The translations under genes were made by a program, and so were the position numbers. This document shows, piece by piece, positions 23,396-36,943 of a DNA stretch of 64,000 bases; position 1 is the first letter of the stretch; each line of letters opens with the position of its first letter. Origin of the DNA: Lama glama (taxonomy: Eukaryota); assembly GCA_028534125.1 (NCBI GenBank), contig CM052817.1, forward strand, positions 24,926,001-24,990,000. The letters run 5' to 3'. A model generated the notes under the pieces. It did no database searches, was not told where the DNA came from, and worked only from the letters and a program-made list of their open reading frames with translations.

Positions 23396-26300
23396 GTAGG
23401 CGGCGTCGGGGCCGCGTCGGGCCGGCGTCCGCTACCGTAGCGGACGGCTGGGCGAACAGTGGTAACGGTCGGGCAGTGGGGGGCCCGGAGCGCGGGGAGC
23501 GCCTGCGGCTTGCGGGGGCGGTGGGGGATCTGACCGCGGGGGGAGCGGCCCGCGCCGCCCCGGTTGTTCACCGTGGTTTTCATTCATTAGCCTTTCTTCC
23601 CCCTGGGGCGAACGGGCCAGTGGCGTCACGCCCATTTCACAGATCCGGAGAGTGAGGCTCGGCCCCGGCAGACTCCCTCGCACCGTGGATTCACCACTGG
23701 ATGTTTCCCGGCGGCGGGACCTTGCGTGTCCGCCTCCTGGATACAGGTTTGTGCTCGGTTGTCTGGAATAGGACACCGAGGTTGCCAAAAGGCTGAACTC
23801 GCTTAGAGGGTGTCTGTCTTTTGTTTTTAATTCCTCGGTTTCCAAGGGCAAGTTTTGGCATCTGAATTTTAAATGTGAGTTCTTTACCTTGTTATTTCCT
23901 TAAAGTTTTCTCTTCAGAACATTGGCGCCTCAGAATATCTGAGTGTTACAAGTCCGGGCTAATTCCGATGTTGGAGTGGATTTCTAGAGTTCCCACTAGT
24001 TTGGGAAGGCAGTTATAGACTAGTTCCCTCCCAGAGTACCAGGTGTTTGTGTGTTTAGAATGATACAGCTCTCGAAGCCTCTAAGGGCGGCGGGTTAACA
24101 GGGCCCCTTTCTCGCGCCCACGGACTCCTGACTTCGCTGGGCCCTAGCAGGGCTTGGTTATATGGCCGGTTGGTTGAGCAATAAACTCGTATGGAGAGAA
24201 TCCGTTAGCCCGTCTGTGACCCTTTACAAGTAGTAATTAGGTGGTGGTGTCTCTAGTTATGAGGCTGTGCTTTTTAGAGTTTTAAAGTGCATTTTTTACA
24301 AATACCTTTTTATGATACAGATAAGGCTTTGCCTATCATTTAAGTGATAATAAAATGGAGACACAGAAACCAGATAACAGTAGTTACTAGACAGGTACTA
24401 TCTCTCCATCCTCACCAGAATCATTTCCTGAAACATCAGTGGTAGTAAAGTGGAATGACTTTCAAACAAGTTTTGAGTTGTTATCAAGTAGTTTTGTACT
24501 GAAGAAAAATTAATAATGTCCAGAGTTTCTGGCTTGAAGTGATACTAGTTGGCTTTTATAAATAATGCTACAATTTTAAAATGGTACATAGTTTAAAATG
24601 TAATGCAGGGTATGTTGCCTGAATACATTTTACTGACTCATTCTAGGTGGAGGACTTGAATCTACGTTTATATTATACTTCTATACTGTAAGGCCAAAGG
24701 GAGGGGAAAAAAAGATTCATTATGTTGTTTTATTCCAAAATCAAGAAGTAAATTAAAAAAAACTTCTAGTACTGTTTTGTAGTTTTATTTACTTTCCTAA
24801 AACATATTTAATAAGATGCTTTTCACTATAGGAATGAGATGGACTTTTGTTTACACTGGCCTACGGAGGTGACAGTGAAAACATTAGACCAAATCTTTAT
24901 TTAAAAAAAAAAAAAGGACTTTTACAAGGGTTGTCAGCTTTCTCCAACTGGCAGTACTTTTGAAAAGTTCATGTAAATGAACAGCATGTTGCTAACTTGA
25001 TCTGAGTTGCGAATCATTCTATTCCAAAATTGTTTAAACTACAGCACAACAACAAAAAAACTATGAAATGTTTTTGGAGCAAAGTTATCTATCAGCTGTC
25101 AGCATAATTTTTAAGAGTGTAGTTCATTTATATTTAATTTCTTCTAGGTGTGGTGCTATTGTAAATTGCATCCTGTAATTGATTTTTGTAGACAATGTGT
25201 TATTATGTGAGAACTTTTAGAATATGAAGTTACTCTTTGAAAGTTCATTTCTTGGGGTTGCAGATTGTAAGAGTGGCTTTCTGTGGTGTTCGGTTAAGAG
25301 ACAAGTCATTAACACACTTTGCATTATAGACTAGGAAATTTTTAAAAAGTAGAAGCAAGAGGCACAGATTATACACACAATGTGCATATTCTCAAAGTGC
25401 ATTTATGTTAGACTTTAGAACGGTCCTTCAGGAACACACAAATACACATGAGCACACACCTCACACAAACACTTGCACATCTAATTACTGTTTTGACTTG
25501 TGTAAACTGCAGCTCAACACCTGGTCAGGAAGAAGGGGAGGGGGAGTGGGTGTCATTTGATGCAGGTGGACATGACTTTGTTTTTCTTGGGTGATGCGTT
25601 AATAGTGTGTGAATATTGAACATGTCGAGTAAGTAATTTCATGGTGTAAGAATAAAGCCAAAACAGGGAAGAAATTTATTTCAAAGAAATTATCTGTTAA
25701 AAGAAAAATTAAGATATGCTTTTTAAAATTAGACATGTCCTGGAACTTTAAGGCAGGTATATACCTTCTGTCAAAAATGGGGCCCGGTTTTATAGAGGTG
25801 TGGTTGCTTGATTAGTCTTTCATTGGGGACACTTGAGTTTTTACATAAATTACAGTGTATAAATAAAAACAAATTTCTCAATCTTTGTGATTTTTGTATT
25901 AAGTCCACAGATATTGCCAACAACCTGGCAGCTTTGAGTATTTCTGTTGTTTCTGTGCATCCATGTACTTGTTGGTAAGACTAATGGCAACAAAACTGCC
26001 AGGTAACTTTCTGAATTTCCTTGGATCTGCACCTGCCTGTGAAGATAATGGCTGAGAGTATTGCTAGTATCTCAAACTAGCCTATTTTAAATACATATGT
26101 CAGTTTATCAGATGGGATGGAAAATGGGACCTAAATATACCTAAATTTGCCGTGTTCTCAAATCCAGGTGCAGTTTTGTATGAGGTTATTTTCCAGTGCT
26201 TGTGTATGTATTCAGCAGATGTTTAGTGGGTGCCTTCTGTGTACCAGGCACTGTTCATGCCCTGAAGGAGTTAGTTCATTTTGCACAAAAGGTTTAGCTT

Positions 26301-26459
26301 CTAAAAAGTGTGTGCACTGAAGCTTTGTAAGTCAAATATTTAAAAATGCATTAGGAAAGGAATCCTTTTGTAAACTCTACTCAGTCACTAGTTAATACCT
26401 TATGTAAAGCTAGGTTTTTCTTATTTTGGCCTTGCTTAAAACATGGGTTTATAGTCATT

Positions 26460-27000
26460 ATTCATTCAACACGTCATTTAATAAATGTGTTCAACACAGA
26501 TATAGTTATTGAGCACCTACTGTGTGCCAGGTACTGTTTGAGGAGCTCGAGATGGAGCAGTAAACAGGCAGGACCAGGTCCCTGTTTTCATGGAGCTCAA
26601 ATTCCAGGCAGAAGAGACAGCAAAAAAGGAAGCAAACAGATGAACAAAGTAATTGCAGGTGTGGGGGGTGAGTGTTAGGAAAGTTAACAAGCTGGTTTGG
26701 TAGAGAGTGACTGGGGGCTGGGGTGGCGAGGAGGTGGCATTTCATCTGCGTGGTAAGGGGCCTTAGACATGTTGCAGGAAGAGGGAGCAGCAGGGAATGA
26801 GGCCATGGGCCTGGCAGAGAGCAGGAAGGAGGCTGCTGAGGAGAGATGGGCCGAGTCGGGAGGGTAACCTGGGCCAGGCTGTGCAGGACTTGCTTTTAAG
26901 TGCAGTGGGCCTGAGAGAGAGGAGTGATGTCTACTTTGCGTGGAAGCAGAGGGGACCATTTAGAAGGCTGGTGTGGTTCAGGCAGGAGGTGATAGTGATA
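26460..27000 (-). mobile_element. L2 3' fragment
   Basis: ttcattcaac...ttattgagcacctactgtgtgccaggtactg...catggagctc, L2 terminus in antisense. Confidence 0.7.
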
Positions 27001-27814
27001 CCTTGGATATATAATTGTTTTTTATCTTTTGAAATGGTTGTGACCCAGTGTCTGAGATTGGTGCAAATGACTGGATGCCGAATCGCTCCTTCTGTGTTGA
27101 ATACAAGCACGGTTTGTCCTGTGCTCAGCTGCTTCTAACCGCAGCTTTCAGGCACAGTTGTGTCCTGGCGTTGGGCTTATTTGCTTAGCTTTGCGGCTTC
27201 CTGCAGACTGGACCAGCCCACCTTGGGTGCCTCTGACCACTTGGACTTTCTCTCCTGTTCACTGGTACACAGCAACCTTGCTGTGAGGTGTGAGTCTGAC
27301 CGTAGCTGGTATGTAGGTGGCAGTTCTCCTGCTGTCTTGCTTAAAGTCAGTCTGATGTTGGTTTGTCACTGAAGCTGGGACCCTGGTTAATGTGATGGAA
27401 TATTTAAAAATATATATTAACTTTTTTTTTGGTCTCTAGACTTTTATTACCTTTAATTAGTGAATGTTTGAGTTTAATAAAGAGGGAAGAACTTGCCATA
27501 ATGAAACCACTCCTTGAATTTGAAAAATTTGCTGCCTCTGCTAAGTTGGTATAGCTTTGACCAGGATTTCAGCAGCACTTTTCATGGGGCATTTTTGTCC
27601 GGCAGTGGCAGCAGCCTCTCTCTGGGCTTTGGGCTCTTGAGTTACATAGAGTGGCAGTAACTTGGGCACACGTTGGTTTTACTAAGAGAGAAGGGAGAAA
27701 AGCAGGGATAGAAGCCTCACCTAATCCACAACAGAACACTGATCCTGGAGCAGATCTCATCATGAGAAAAAACTGAATTATAGTTTGTTCCCCTAGACAG
27801 ATTCCCTAATCTGA

Positions 27815-28640
27815 TCTTTATTTTTTGAGCAATTTTAGGTTCATGGCAAAATTGAGCAGAAGGTATAGAAGTTTTCCATCTAATCTCAGTTCCCACACAT
27901 GCACGGCCTCCACTATTATCAGTATCCCCAACCACTGTGGTACATTTGTCATAATTGATGACTATGCATTGATACATCATTATCACCCGAAGTCCATAGT
28001 TAACACTGTGGTTCATTCTTGGTATTGTACATCCTATGTGTTTGGACAAATGCGTAAGGGCATGTATCTGTAATATCGCACTGAGTAGCTTCACTGCCCC
28101 AAACATCCTCTGTCATCTAGTTGGAACCTTAAAGTATACATACTTTTCAGATTGGCTTCTTTCACTTAGTAAACATGTAAGTTTCTCCAGTGTCTTTTCA
28201 TGGCTTAAGCACTCATTTCTATTTAGCACTGAATAATATTACACTGTCTGGATGTACCAGAGCTTATCCACTCATCTACAGAAGGACATCTCAGTTGCTT
28301 CCAGGTTTTGGCAGTTATAAATAAAGCTGCTGTAAACATCTTTGTACAGGTCTTTGTATGGACAGAACGTTTTCAACTCCTTTTGGTGAACATCAAGAAG
28401 AATGACTGGAGAGCTTGTGGTAAGAATATGTTGAGTTTTGTAAGCAGCTGCCAAACTGTTTTTCAAAGTGGCCATACCATTTTGCATTCCCACCAGCAAT
28501 GAATGAGCAAGTTCCTGCTACTACGCATCCTTGTCAGCATTTAGTCTTGTCAGTGTTCCAGATTGTGGCCGTTCGAATAGGTACTTCATGGTATCTCATT
28601 GCTTTAATTTACATTTCCCTAATGATACATTATGTGAAGC
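27815..28640 (-). mobile_element. L1MC-type 3' end
   Basis: Homologous to 14788-15360 and 63160-63960; antisense ORF 28272-28499 reads as decayed L1 ORF2 C-terminus (LVGMQNGMATLKNSLA). Confidence 0.82.
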
Positions 28641-31600
28641 TGTCCCTTTCTTTTGATCCTTTTTAAGGAATAGAAATAATAAATTAGTTTTTTGAATTTT
28701 ATTTCATAATATACATTGGTATTCAGGAACATTCATAAAAGTGAATCTAGTGTTAAGTATCTTTCATTTTTCCATTATTTCTATTACCTCTGAATTTGCT
28801 AATGGAAGAAAGATGAACCAGCAGTCTACACTATTTTGTTAGATTTATAAGAAAGACATAATGAAAAAGAACTTCCTCAGTTTTTGTGCACTTTGGTACT
28901 TCTGCAGATTATTTTTGTATCTGTTGTGTGTTACAGTGGGATTAGACTCACAAGTCTTGTTCACTCACTTTAGCTGAGCTGGGCTAAGTTAACTTTGCTG
29001 AGCTTTTCTCATCTATAAAATTAATAAGGTATTCTGTATTTATCTCTTGTTTATAGGTCCTATTTTAAAATTGAATAATGTTAAAAATTTGTGTAAAAAA
29101 TTATGAAGACCATCTGCAAATGTCAACTATTTAAAACAAGGTTGAGTTTGCAGTTCGTCTGTGGTCTTTGCACATGTGTGGTGGTAGGTGCTGTGGATCC
29201 AGAGAGGAGTAGGACACGGGCTGAGCCTTTGAGCAGCTTGTGATTCAGCAGGGAGAGGGACCCTGTGAAGATAATTTATTTAGTGTGATAATACAGATAT
29301 ATGCACAGGAGTCACTCGGCCAAAGAGTTGGGGAGACTTAGAGGAGAGGAGATCTGAGCTCACTAAATCTTTAAAGAAAGGTGAGTTGTAGGTCATCAGT
29401 GTGATGGATTATGAGAAAGAATAGTTAGGAAATACTCTTGGTAGTTTTCTACCGTGTTTCAGAATTATTGTGTTGCTTTCTAACTCTGTGCCTTGTTTTT
29501 GAGACCAGTGATCTCTAACCTTGGGAAAGGCTCATCATATTGAGTAAATTCCCCGGATATAGGGAGGTTCAGAATCAAGAACAGCTTTCACCCCGGCACA
29601 CCCGAGGGCGTGGGCACACCTGTCAGTAATTGTGGCCAGCGTGGTGGTCATTCTGGTGTAACCAGAATGTCATTCCACTTTCTCTTTTCTGCCTGAGGAT
29701 ACTGAGTCCCAGGGCAATGGGTGACTTAATTTGAAAAATATCATGTAGCTAGTTGTGGCAGATCTTAAACCCAATGTCCCAGACCCCTGGGTTTTGCACA
29801 CCTTTGTAATGTTGCCCTGCTGATTTGTTTGTGCTTTCCCTCTGAATTATTTTACTGAAACTAAAAGCATGCATATCTGTCAATATATTGTTCTTCAGAA
29901 TATTTAGCCGTCTGAGTGTAGGCATGTGCATTTCAGAGTAAAGGTGCCTGCAAGGAAATGGGCGCAGAAAGGAAGCATGAAGTGAGTCGGCTGTTGGGGT
30001 GGGTGGAAATCCCTTGACCTGGGAAGGGTGTCGTTGTCATAAACGCTCAGGAGCCTGGGAGGCCAGGCCAGTTGTGTGGAGTGTGTGCAGGAGGAAACCA
30101 GGGCCTGAGGGTTTGATGAATGGAAGTTACCAAAGTCCAGTGTGGTGGCGTCGCTCCCAGTGCTGGGCTCCCGTTCCCAGGAGGGCGTCCCGTGGGAGAC
30201 GAGGCAGGTGCAGGTGAGTGTGGTGCAGCTCTTCTCCTCCCACGAGGGAGAGTGAGTTTGCTCAGAGAAACGTCACTTACAAAAAGGATTGGACAGGAGG
30301 GAACATTACATTAGTGTTAACGCAGCTACAGAAAGGAAGAGGTGATTAGATACTTGAGCAGTTAATGTGTGCCAGCCATTGTGTCGGGAGCAGTCAGCTT
30401 CCAGATAATCCCGGAAGTAGTGGTGTTAGTCCTTCCTCCCCCTTTTCGGGAAAGGCGTATGAAGAAACTGAAGTTTAGAAGAAGTTAGGCAGCTTGTCAC
30501 TGCTATTAACATTAAAGCTCGAATTGCCTGGTTCTAAATTCACCTTTTATGTGTTGTACTTAAGTTATTTCTGTAATAAAGGGATTACAGTATGTTCAGG
30601 GTATGAAACAAGCCTGATCAGAACTTAGAAAATTATCCTTTCCTGCTGAAAAGCTGAGCATTTTTCCCCTCCTATTGGTGAGAAGTGTAAAATATAAAAC
30701 ATTTAGTGGCTTTCAAAAATAGGTGTGTAAGACTGAAGCTACTCAAGAAGGGGAACTGGCGTTTTTTGAATGCCTGAATTTCATCATGTTCTTGGTTAAG
30801 GAGAGAAGAAAACAGGAACTAAGAGGAAAATCACACCTGCAGGAAGATTGAAAGAAGATGGGTCAAGATTGGAGCAGGTCAGGGCAGTTAAACGATAGAC
30901 TGAAAGAAGTCAGTTTTGAGGTGACCGTAAGCCCGAGTTTTCACTTTTCTTGTTGCCTTTTGAGCTGTAGAGAGTTAGCACTTATAAACTGATTTTCTTT
31001 TCAAAGCACCATGGAACCATGTTTGTAGTTATTCAGCTTCCTGAGAAAGTGCTCTTTGTTTCAAGAATCCACTCCAGAGAGTCCTGCCGTAGTGGTCATC
31101 TGCTACAGCCTGTGACAGGACACCAGACAGGAGGGCAAAGGCGTGGGTTGGAGGCCCAGGTTTGCCCTGTGTTGGCTGGTTTAGCCTTGGTTAGGTGCAC
31201 TGGGAATGGTGATCACTGCTGTCCACCAGGTAGTCCTGTTTGGGTGTCACATGAGATGATGTAAGTGAAGTAAACTGTCAAGCACTCTTCAGGATGAGTG
31301 TCTGCACAATGGGGTGAATGTAGCCTTGTATTTCCCTTAAGTTTCTTGACTTACGCTTCAAGTTAAACTTCCCTGGGCCTGGACCTTTGATCTGAAAAAT
31401 GAGGACATTGTGCTGATTGATCATGATGCTTGCTGTCAGTTTGGAACATCTGTTGCTGCAAGTCAGGGCTGTCTTAGATTGTTCACCTCTGATAAGGAAG
31501 AGAGAGTCCCTGGAGCCACCAGCCTGGGACAGATCCCCTCTCCATCTGTTCCTAGTGGAGTTGTGACCTTGGACACATTGCTTCTCTCTAAGCATGAATG

Positions 31601-34600
31601 TGTTCATCAGAATGAGCACAAGAGCCATCTTCCAGGCTGTTGAGGATTTATCCACGAAACGCACTTAGAACAGTGCCTGTCTCAGACTGAGCACTTAGTA
31701 AGAGTGAGCCATCACCCTCACCTTCACTGCAGTTAGGGGTGGAGGTGACCTTCACAGTTGCTTATTAGTTCTGTCCCCTCTTTTGAAAGATGAAAACATT
31801 GGGTCCTCCAGGTGAAGAGATTTCCCCAAAGTCACAGCTAAGATGAAAGCAAGGTGTCCTGGCTCTTACTCCAGAGCTCGTTGCATCACCCAGCACTCAC
31901 CATGATGTTTAGTTTTTTTTGTTGTTTTATCATGTTCTACATGAATTAAACATAAGCCCTGGTTCAGCAGTACAGAACAAGAGCAAAATGCTTTCGTCAG
32001 GCCACAAGTCATTTAGATGCGATAAGGGGAAAATGAGTTAGAGAGAATTACACGGGCCCCTGCCCCCAGTCTCCTGTGTGACCTTGCTCAGGGTTACAGC
32101 TCTGCCTTGGTTTCCCCTTCCCTAAAGTAGAGATAGGGAGCAGCTGCTCAACTGTTTCTGAAGTCCTTTCATTTCTCAAAATACTGTGAAGAATTTCTTC
32201 ACTGCCAGGACTGTTAAAGTCCAGGAAATAGTGTGCCAACCAAAGATGGAGATTCTCCAATTTTAGAAAACTTTAAAAATAGGAAGGATGTTTATTTGTT
32301 TAGCAGTGTTCATAACTGTAGGCCCGCCGAAGTCCGGGAATCAGCCAAATGGTATTTTGCGGAAGTTCTTTTGACAGGGTGGACCCAGTGGAAATCAGTC
32401 ATTAGGTGAAAATAAATTGTAAGCTCTTTGGGACAATATTTGCTTAGGGACATTTATACATGCCTATTGTGATGGTCTCTATTGTGTCAGGTTTTTTTTT
32501 TCTTACACATGTAAGTTTCCAGATTTAAAATATTAGAACTTTAATTGTAAAATTTGACTTCAGAAACACAAATCAAAAACCATGAATAATGAGTTTGTGG
32601 CCCCTTGTGTGTGGATTATTACTAAATTCATTGTATAATGAGCATGAAATATTGCTAATGCTTTTGCTATGGTCAGAACCCTCTTAAATTATCGTTTCAA
32701 AAATAGCCATATTGCTCAGTTTCTAGGTGAATGGAAGGGATTCTTTTCCCACATTTTAAAGTGTTTGAAGGTGATACACGGGAATTTAGAGTACACTGGA
32801 GTTTCATTCAAGGTAGTACCACCCAATTTTAACGTAGCTGAAAGAACATCACATCAAGGTTTGAGTTTATCAATTCTGTGGTGTTTAAACTAGTTGCAGT
32901 TGTCATCCCTGGATTTTTACCCCCAGGGGAAGAGCTCATTGTGCTCCACCACCAGAGCATAACTCTGTATTAATTACTTTGCAATTACCATCCTGCTTGG
33001 GGAATCCTGTGGTATTTCCAGACATTCTGGAACAAGAAAGCCAGCTTCTCCTTCAAGGTTAGTGTTGATCAGGACACACTGACCATGGTTCTTATCTGTG
33101 CCAGACCCTTGGGGCACAGATGCCAGGATGAGTAGGACTTAATCCCTGCCCTGTCGGAGGGGACGGTGGGCGTGTGCAGTGGCGCCTGTGCAGAAGTTCC
33201 ACAGACAGGTGGGCCGGGGAGCCTTCAGCCTCTGAGCAGCCTTCCCACTCAACAGTCTCACCGTTGACTTCAGTTAGCAGGGATAGTCAGAACCGGCTGT
33301 GCGCTGTTACCTTAAATGTTTTCCTTCTCGAAAACTTTGTTTTGCGATTGGGAGCCAGCGATATGTTTGGATGTAGGTGTTATGAAAAGCCTCTGGTGTC
33401 CTGGGGCACCTTTCTCTGCGGGTTTTAGGGCTCTGTAGATCTAACAATTTTTTTCTTTAATCCTGATTGAATAAACAGGCAGTGGATCCAGCTGGCTCCT
33501 CTGTGTGCGGGCAGGAGTGACTCTGCTCTCAAGCCCTTATGGGCAGACTCCAGGCTGGATGCCAGAACCTTTCAAATCCACATCATATTCCCAGTTAAAC
33601 TGGGAAGTGCAAACCCGGTGAGGCTGTCAGTCTGAGAAATCCCCCAAGTACTGGAAATGTAGGCACTGGTGCCTTTTTTTTTTTTTTTTTTGGTGGGCTT
33701 AGAGGTTTTAGTCTGATAAGGAAATTTCAAGCCGAAGTCTGTATTTCATCCCTATTAAAAGCAAATCAAGAGGACCTGGCGTGGTCTAGAAAAAGAGCCC
33801 TGAAGGGGGAGGTGGGGTTCTGTCCAGCCTGGCCTGTGACCGGATGCCTGTCGTTCCAGCCCCCTGAGGCTTTGTTTCTTGATGAAATAAATAGAAATGG
33901 GTGGGTCGAGAGCCCCATCCAGAGGGTGAGCAAATGGAAGCGGCAGCGGGAGCAGAGGCTCAGAGGTGGACGTTCGGCTGAGAGGAAGCCCAGGGTGTAC
34001 CTGAGTGGAGCTGAGTGCCCTCCCTCCCGCCAAAGCTGGTGAATTGGGGAATTCACAGGGAAGAGGTGATTGGCGCCCCAGCATGGCGGGCTCTGTGGGT
34101 CAGGCTGGGCAGGTGGTGTTTTGGTAGAGGTTGGAAAGGAGCCCTAGAAAGTTTGTGAGTGGTAGGCTGACGCCATCCCAGCTGTACTGTGGGAGATGAG
34201 GCTGCCCATGTAGAGTGGGGTGGGTGGGTATATATACTGGGAGAAGCCAGGGGCAGGGCCTGGGTGGGTGGGATGGGGTCCGGGGATCTTGCTGTGGTCT
34301 CACTTAAGTTCAGGCTCAGACTAGTGCTTGGGGTGCTCAGCTCCTGGTGAGAGACTACATACCCTGACGGCTTATCGAAAATTGGGGAAGAGAAGAGTAG
34401 AAGCCACTTCCCAGGTTTTCAAACTAGTGACCTGGAAGGCATTCAGGGAAACTGGGAGAGCCCTGTGTTAGGGCTTGTTTTGGATGTTTTAGGGTCAAGG
34501 TGCCCAAAGTCTGGGTCACTCTTAAGAGGTGATTAGAATCTGAGTTATGTTTTGGTTTTTTTTTTTAGGAATATGTATTTTTTAATTTTTAGGAAAGAAT

Positions 34601-35530
34601 TCAGAGCTAAGATGTGAATTGAATTATCTTTGTTTGCTTTGGGGGAGTGGATGAGATCCCTGGCCAGAGATGTCTGTGAAATAGAAGTGTTTTCCTAATA
34701 TGGTGTAAAGGAGGGAATTACATTAACAGGATTACCTTACCCCTTTCCTCCCCTTAGGGCTTATCTCTATTTCTTTTTTTCCCCCTCTTTGTAAACCAAG
34801 ATGAAGTCCCACTTTTGAAAATGTCTTTCGGACTCAGGGAGTACAGTTCCCACTTGGGAGGTGGAATGCTTGTTCCGTGGTTTTAGAATCAGTGGAGGGT
34901 AGATCGGGTTGAGTGTCAGGGAGTCTCTGAAGCCTCTGGGCACACACCAGCCCTTGCCCTGGCCCCAGCCTTGAACTCCTTCCCAGCAGCAGCTCCTGGC
35001 TGGCCTTTATCTCGTCAGCCTTGGTTTCAGTGTTGGTTCTCTAGGAATGTTCCTGATTGTAAAATATCTGGTCTAGTGAGGATGAGGTCAGTTGAGGAGC
35101 CTGGAGGGTGGGAGTGGGGGAAGGAGGAGCCACGCTGTCGGACTCCTGCCTGGTGGAGCTGCCGCTCAGGGGGCCCTTGCGGGAGGCATGTCTCTGTGCC
35201 TGTCTTTAAGGGGAGACCTGGGGACTGGGTAGTCTGAGCTGCGTGGACCTGCTCCTTCTCCAGGGAGGCTCGGTGTCCCCATGAGTCCATGCCGGTCTAC
35301 ACATCTCGAACTGAGAGGCTGTGCTCTAGGCAGAATGCAGACACTCTTGTGTCTCACCTTCCTTCCTTCCCATTTGAGAGAGCGCTCAGGCCCTGGGACA
35401 GATCTGCAAAGACAGCGACATGTTTCCTGTCTTCCCTGCTGAGCTCAAGCCCACAGCTCTGGCCCCCACTCTCCATTCATGGACTTGGCAGTCACCTTTC
35501 AACTCATATTGCGTCTTTTTTTAAAGTCAC

Positions 35531-35755
35531 CTAGAACTGAGAATGAAACTTGTGTGGCCTGATGAGCTGGAAGGACAGCAAGGCCGTGACCCCTTTAACG
35601 TTAAGGATGACATTTCTCCTACTGCTGTAGGCTCTCCGTGCCTTTTTCATTCTTTTGGTATCCAGGCCATTCTGTTGGCTTATCCTGGGCTTATAGTCAA
35701 CTAAAATCCTTAAATCTTTTTCACATGAACTTTTGGCAAGCTGAGTCAACCCCAT
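35531..35755 (-). mobile_element. L3/CR1 LINE fossil (ORF2 C-terminal region)
   Basis: Minus-strand translation SSCEKDLRILVDYKPRISQQ...LIRPH...SQF resembles the recalled CR1/L3 ORF2 motif SSxEKDLGVLVDxKLxMSQQC...LVRPHLEYCVQFW. Confidence 0.7.
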
Positions 35756-36781
35756 GGGTACCTACCCAGCTGAGAGTTTTGTTTTTTTTAAACTTCCATA
35801 CAATACTTTATGTATATTTATATATATATCACCGTGTTCCTGATATTGGGATTTTCATCTTGGTTTACAAAGATAAGAGGGGGAAAAAATAGATTTTCAG
35901 TCTATTAGCCAGTTTATTTGTATAGCACAGTACAATTTTGGAACTGGAAGTAATCTGAGTATTGCAGTTACTCCCTTCAGTGTGACACGTGGCATGTACG
36001 TGGTCATGGGGAAGCTGGCAGTGGAGGGATGGGCTGGCGTTTGGACATGATCAGGTTTTCTTTCTCACACACTAAGAGTGTGGGCAGGTCAGGAAGGAGG
36101 AGAAATGTTAGCCGAGGGCTGGGCACTGGATATGAGCTGACATTTGGACAACTTCTTTCTATGTGCAGCTTTATACTGTTTCATTTTTATCTTGTGTGTT
36201 TTCTTTGATTTCCTTCATCTAAAAGCAGGAAGAAACTATTTGCCACTTAATTCTACTTTTGAGGTGTTCTGTGCTAGGATACAGTCTGAGTTTCATAAAC
36301 ATTTATTAAAGTTATCTAACATTTATTATAACTTCTGAGAGAGTCAAGGACCAGCAAGTAGTATTGTTCTTGTTCCACTTGGTATAGCTAAAGCATGAAA
36401 TGTGTTGAGTGGAAAATAGACCGATTCTAACTAATATCCTTTACTGGCCAAAGTTCTGATGTGCCTGTTGGTCACAGTTAAAGAAAAGGGATGGCTGCTT
36501 GGTGAGTATATTTCAAGAAGAGGACTGAAATGATATGAGAGAGAAGACCTGTACCACTCATCTGAATGAAGTTCTGGATTCTTGAACATGTGTGATAGGT
36601 TTTATTCAAATATGAAGTTAATGCTATAAAAGCTAGGGTGGTGGAGTATTTAAAACTGTAAATAATTGATATTTATGAAGACATACCCCTTCTGGCAGTT
36701 GAGTCTAGCACTCATGCATTAGTAAGTTTAAATTTCTAGCATGTTCCTGGAAACCACCATAGATCTCACAGATGCTAGTGA

Positions 36782-36880
36782 CAGGGCTGTGACTGGGCTG
36801 CTAGGTATGTTGTGCAGGTTGCACACTGCACAAAGGCATCCAGCCAACAGAGCAAGCAGGGGCTGAGATACAGCCCGCAT
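36782..36880. mobile_element. MER91-like hAT MITE
   Basis: gttgtgcaggttgcacactgcacaaaggc matches the recalled MER91 core. Confidence 0.55.
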
Positions 36881-36913
36881 CTGGCTTACCAATGTCTGCC
36901 ACTGTAAGTTTTT

Positions 36914-36943
36914 TTTTTTTAACATTTTTTATTGATTTATAAT
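36914..36943 (-). mobile_element. Extremely 5'-truncated retroposon 3' end (probably young L1) with 17-bp TSD
   Basis: tgccactgtaagttttt at 36897-36913 and 36944-36960 flanks 30 bp whose minus strand reads attataaatcAATAAAaaatgtt-poly(A). Confidence 0.8.

Larger units (their letters stand above)
22900..23750 (+). promoter_or_regulatory. Intragenic CpG island, likely alternative TBC1D1 promoter
   Basis: Abrupt very GC- and CpG-rich block in CpG-depleted flanks; GC boxes GGGCGGGG at ~23079-23086 and ~23088-23097; E2F-like TTCCCGCC at 23052-23059; downstream ATG and splice donor. Confidence 0.88.

Noticed and set aside
22860..23851. Overlapping 139-159 aa Gly/Arg/Pro/Ala-rich ORFs on both strands
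   Set aside because: Expected from stop-codon scarcity in a CpG island; low complexity and no recognisable domain. Only the uORF and the 10-codon exon have specific support.
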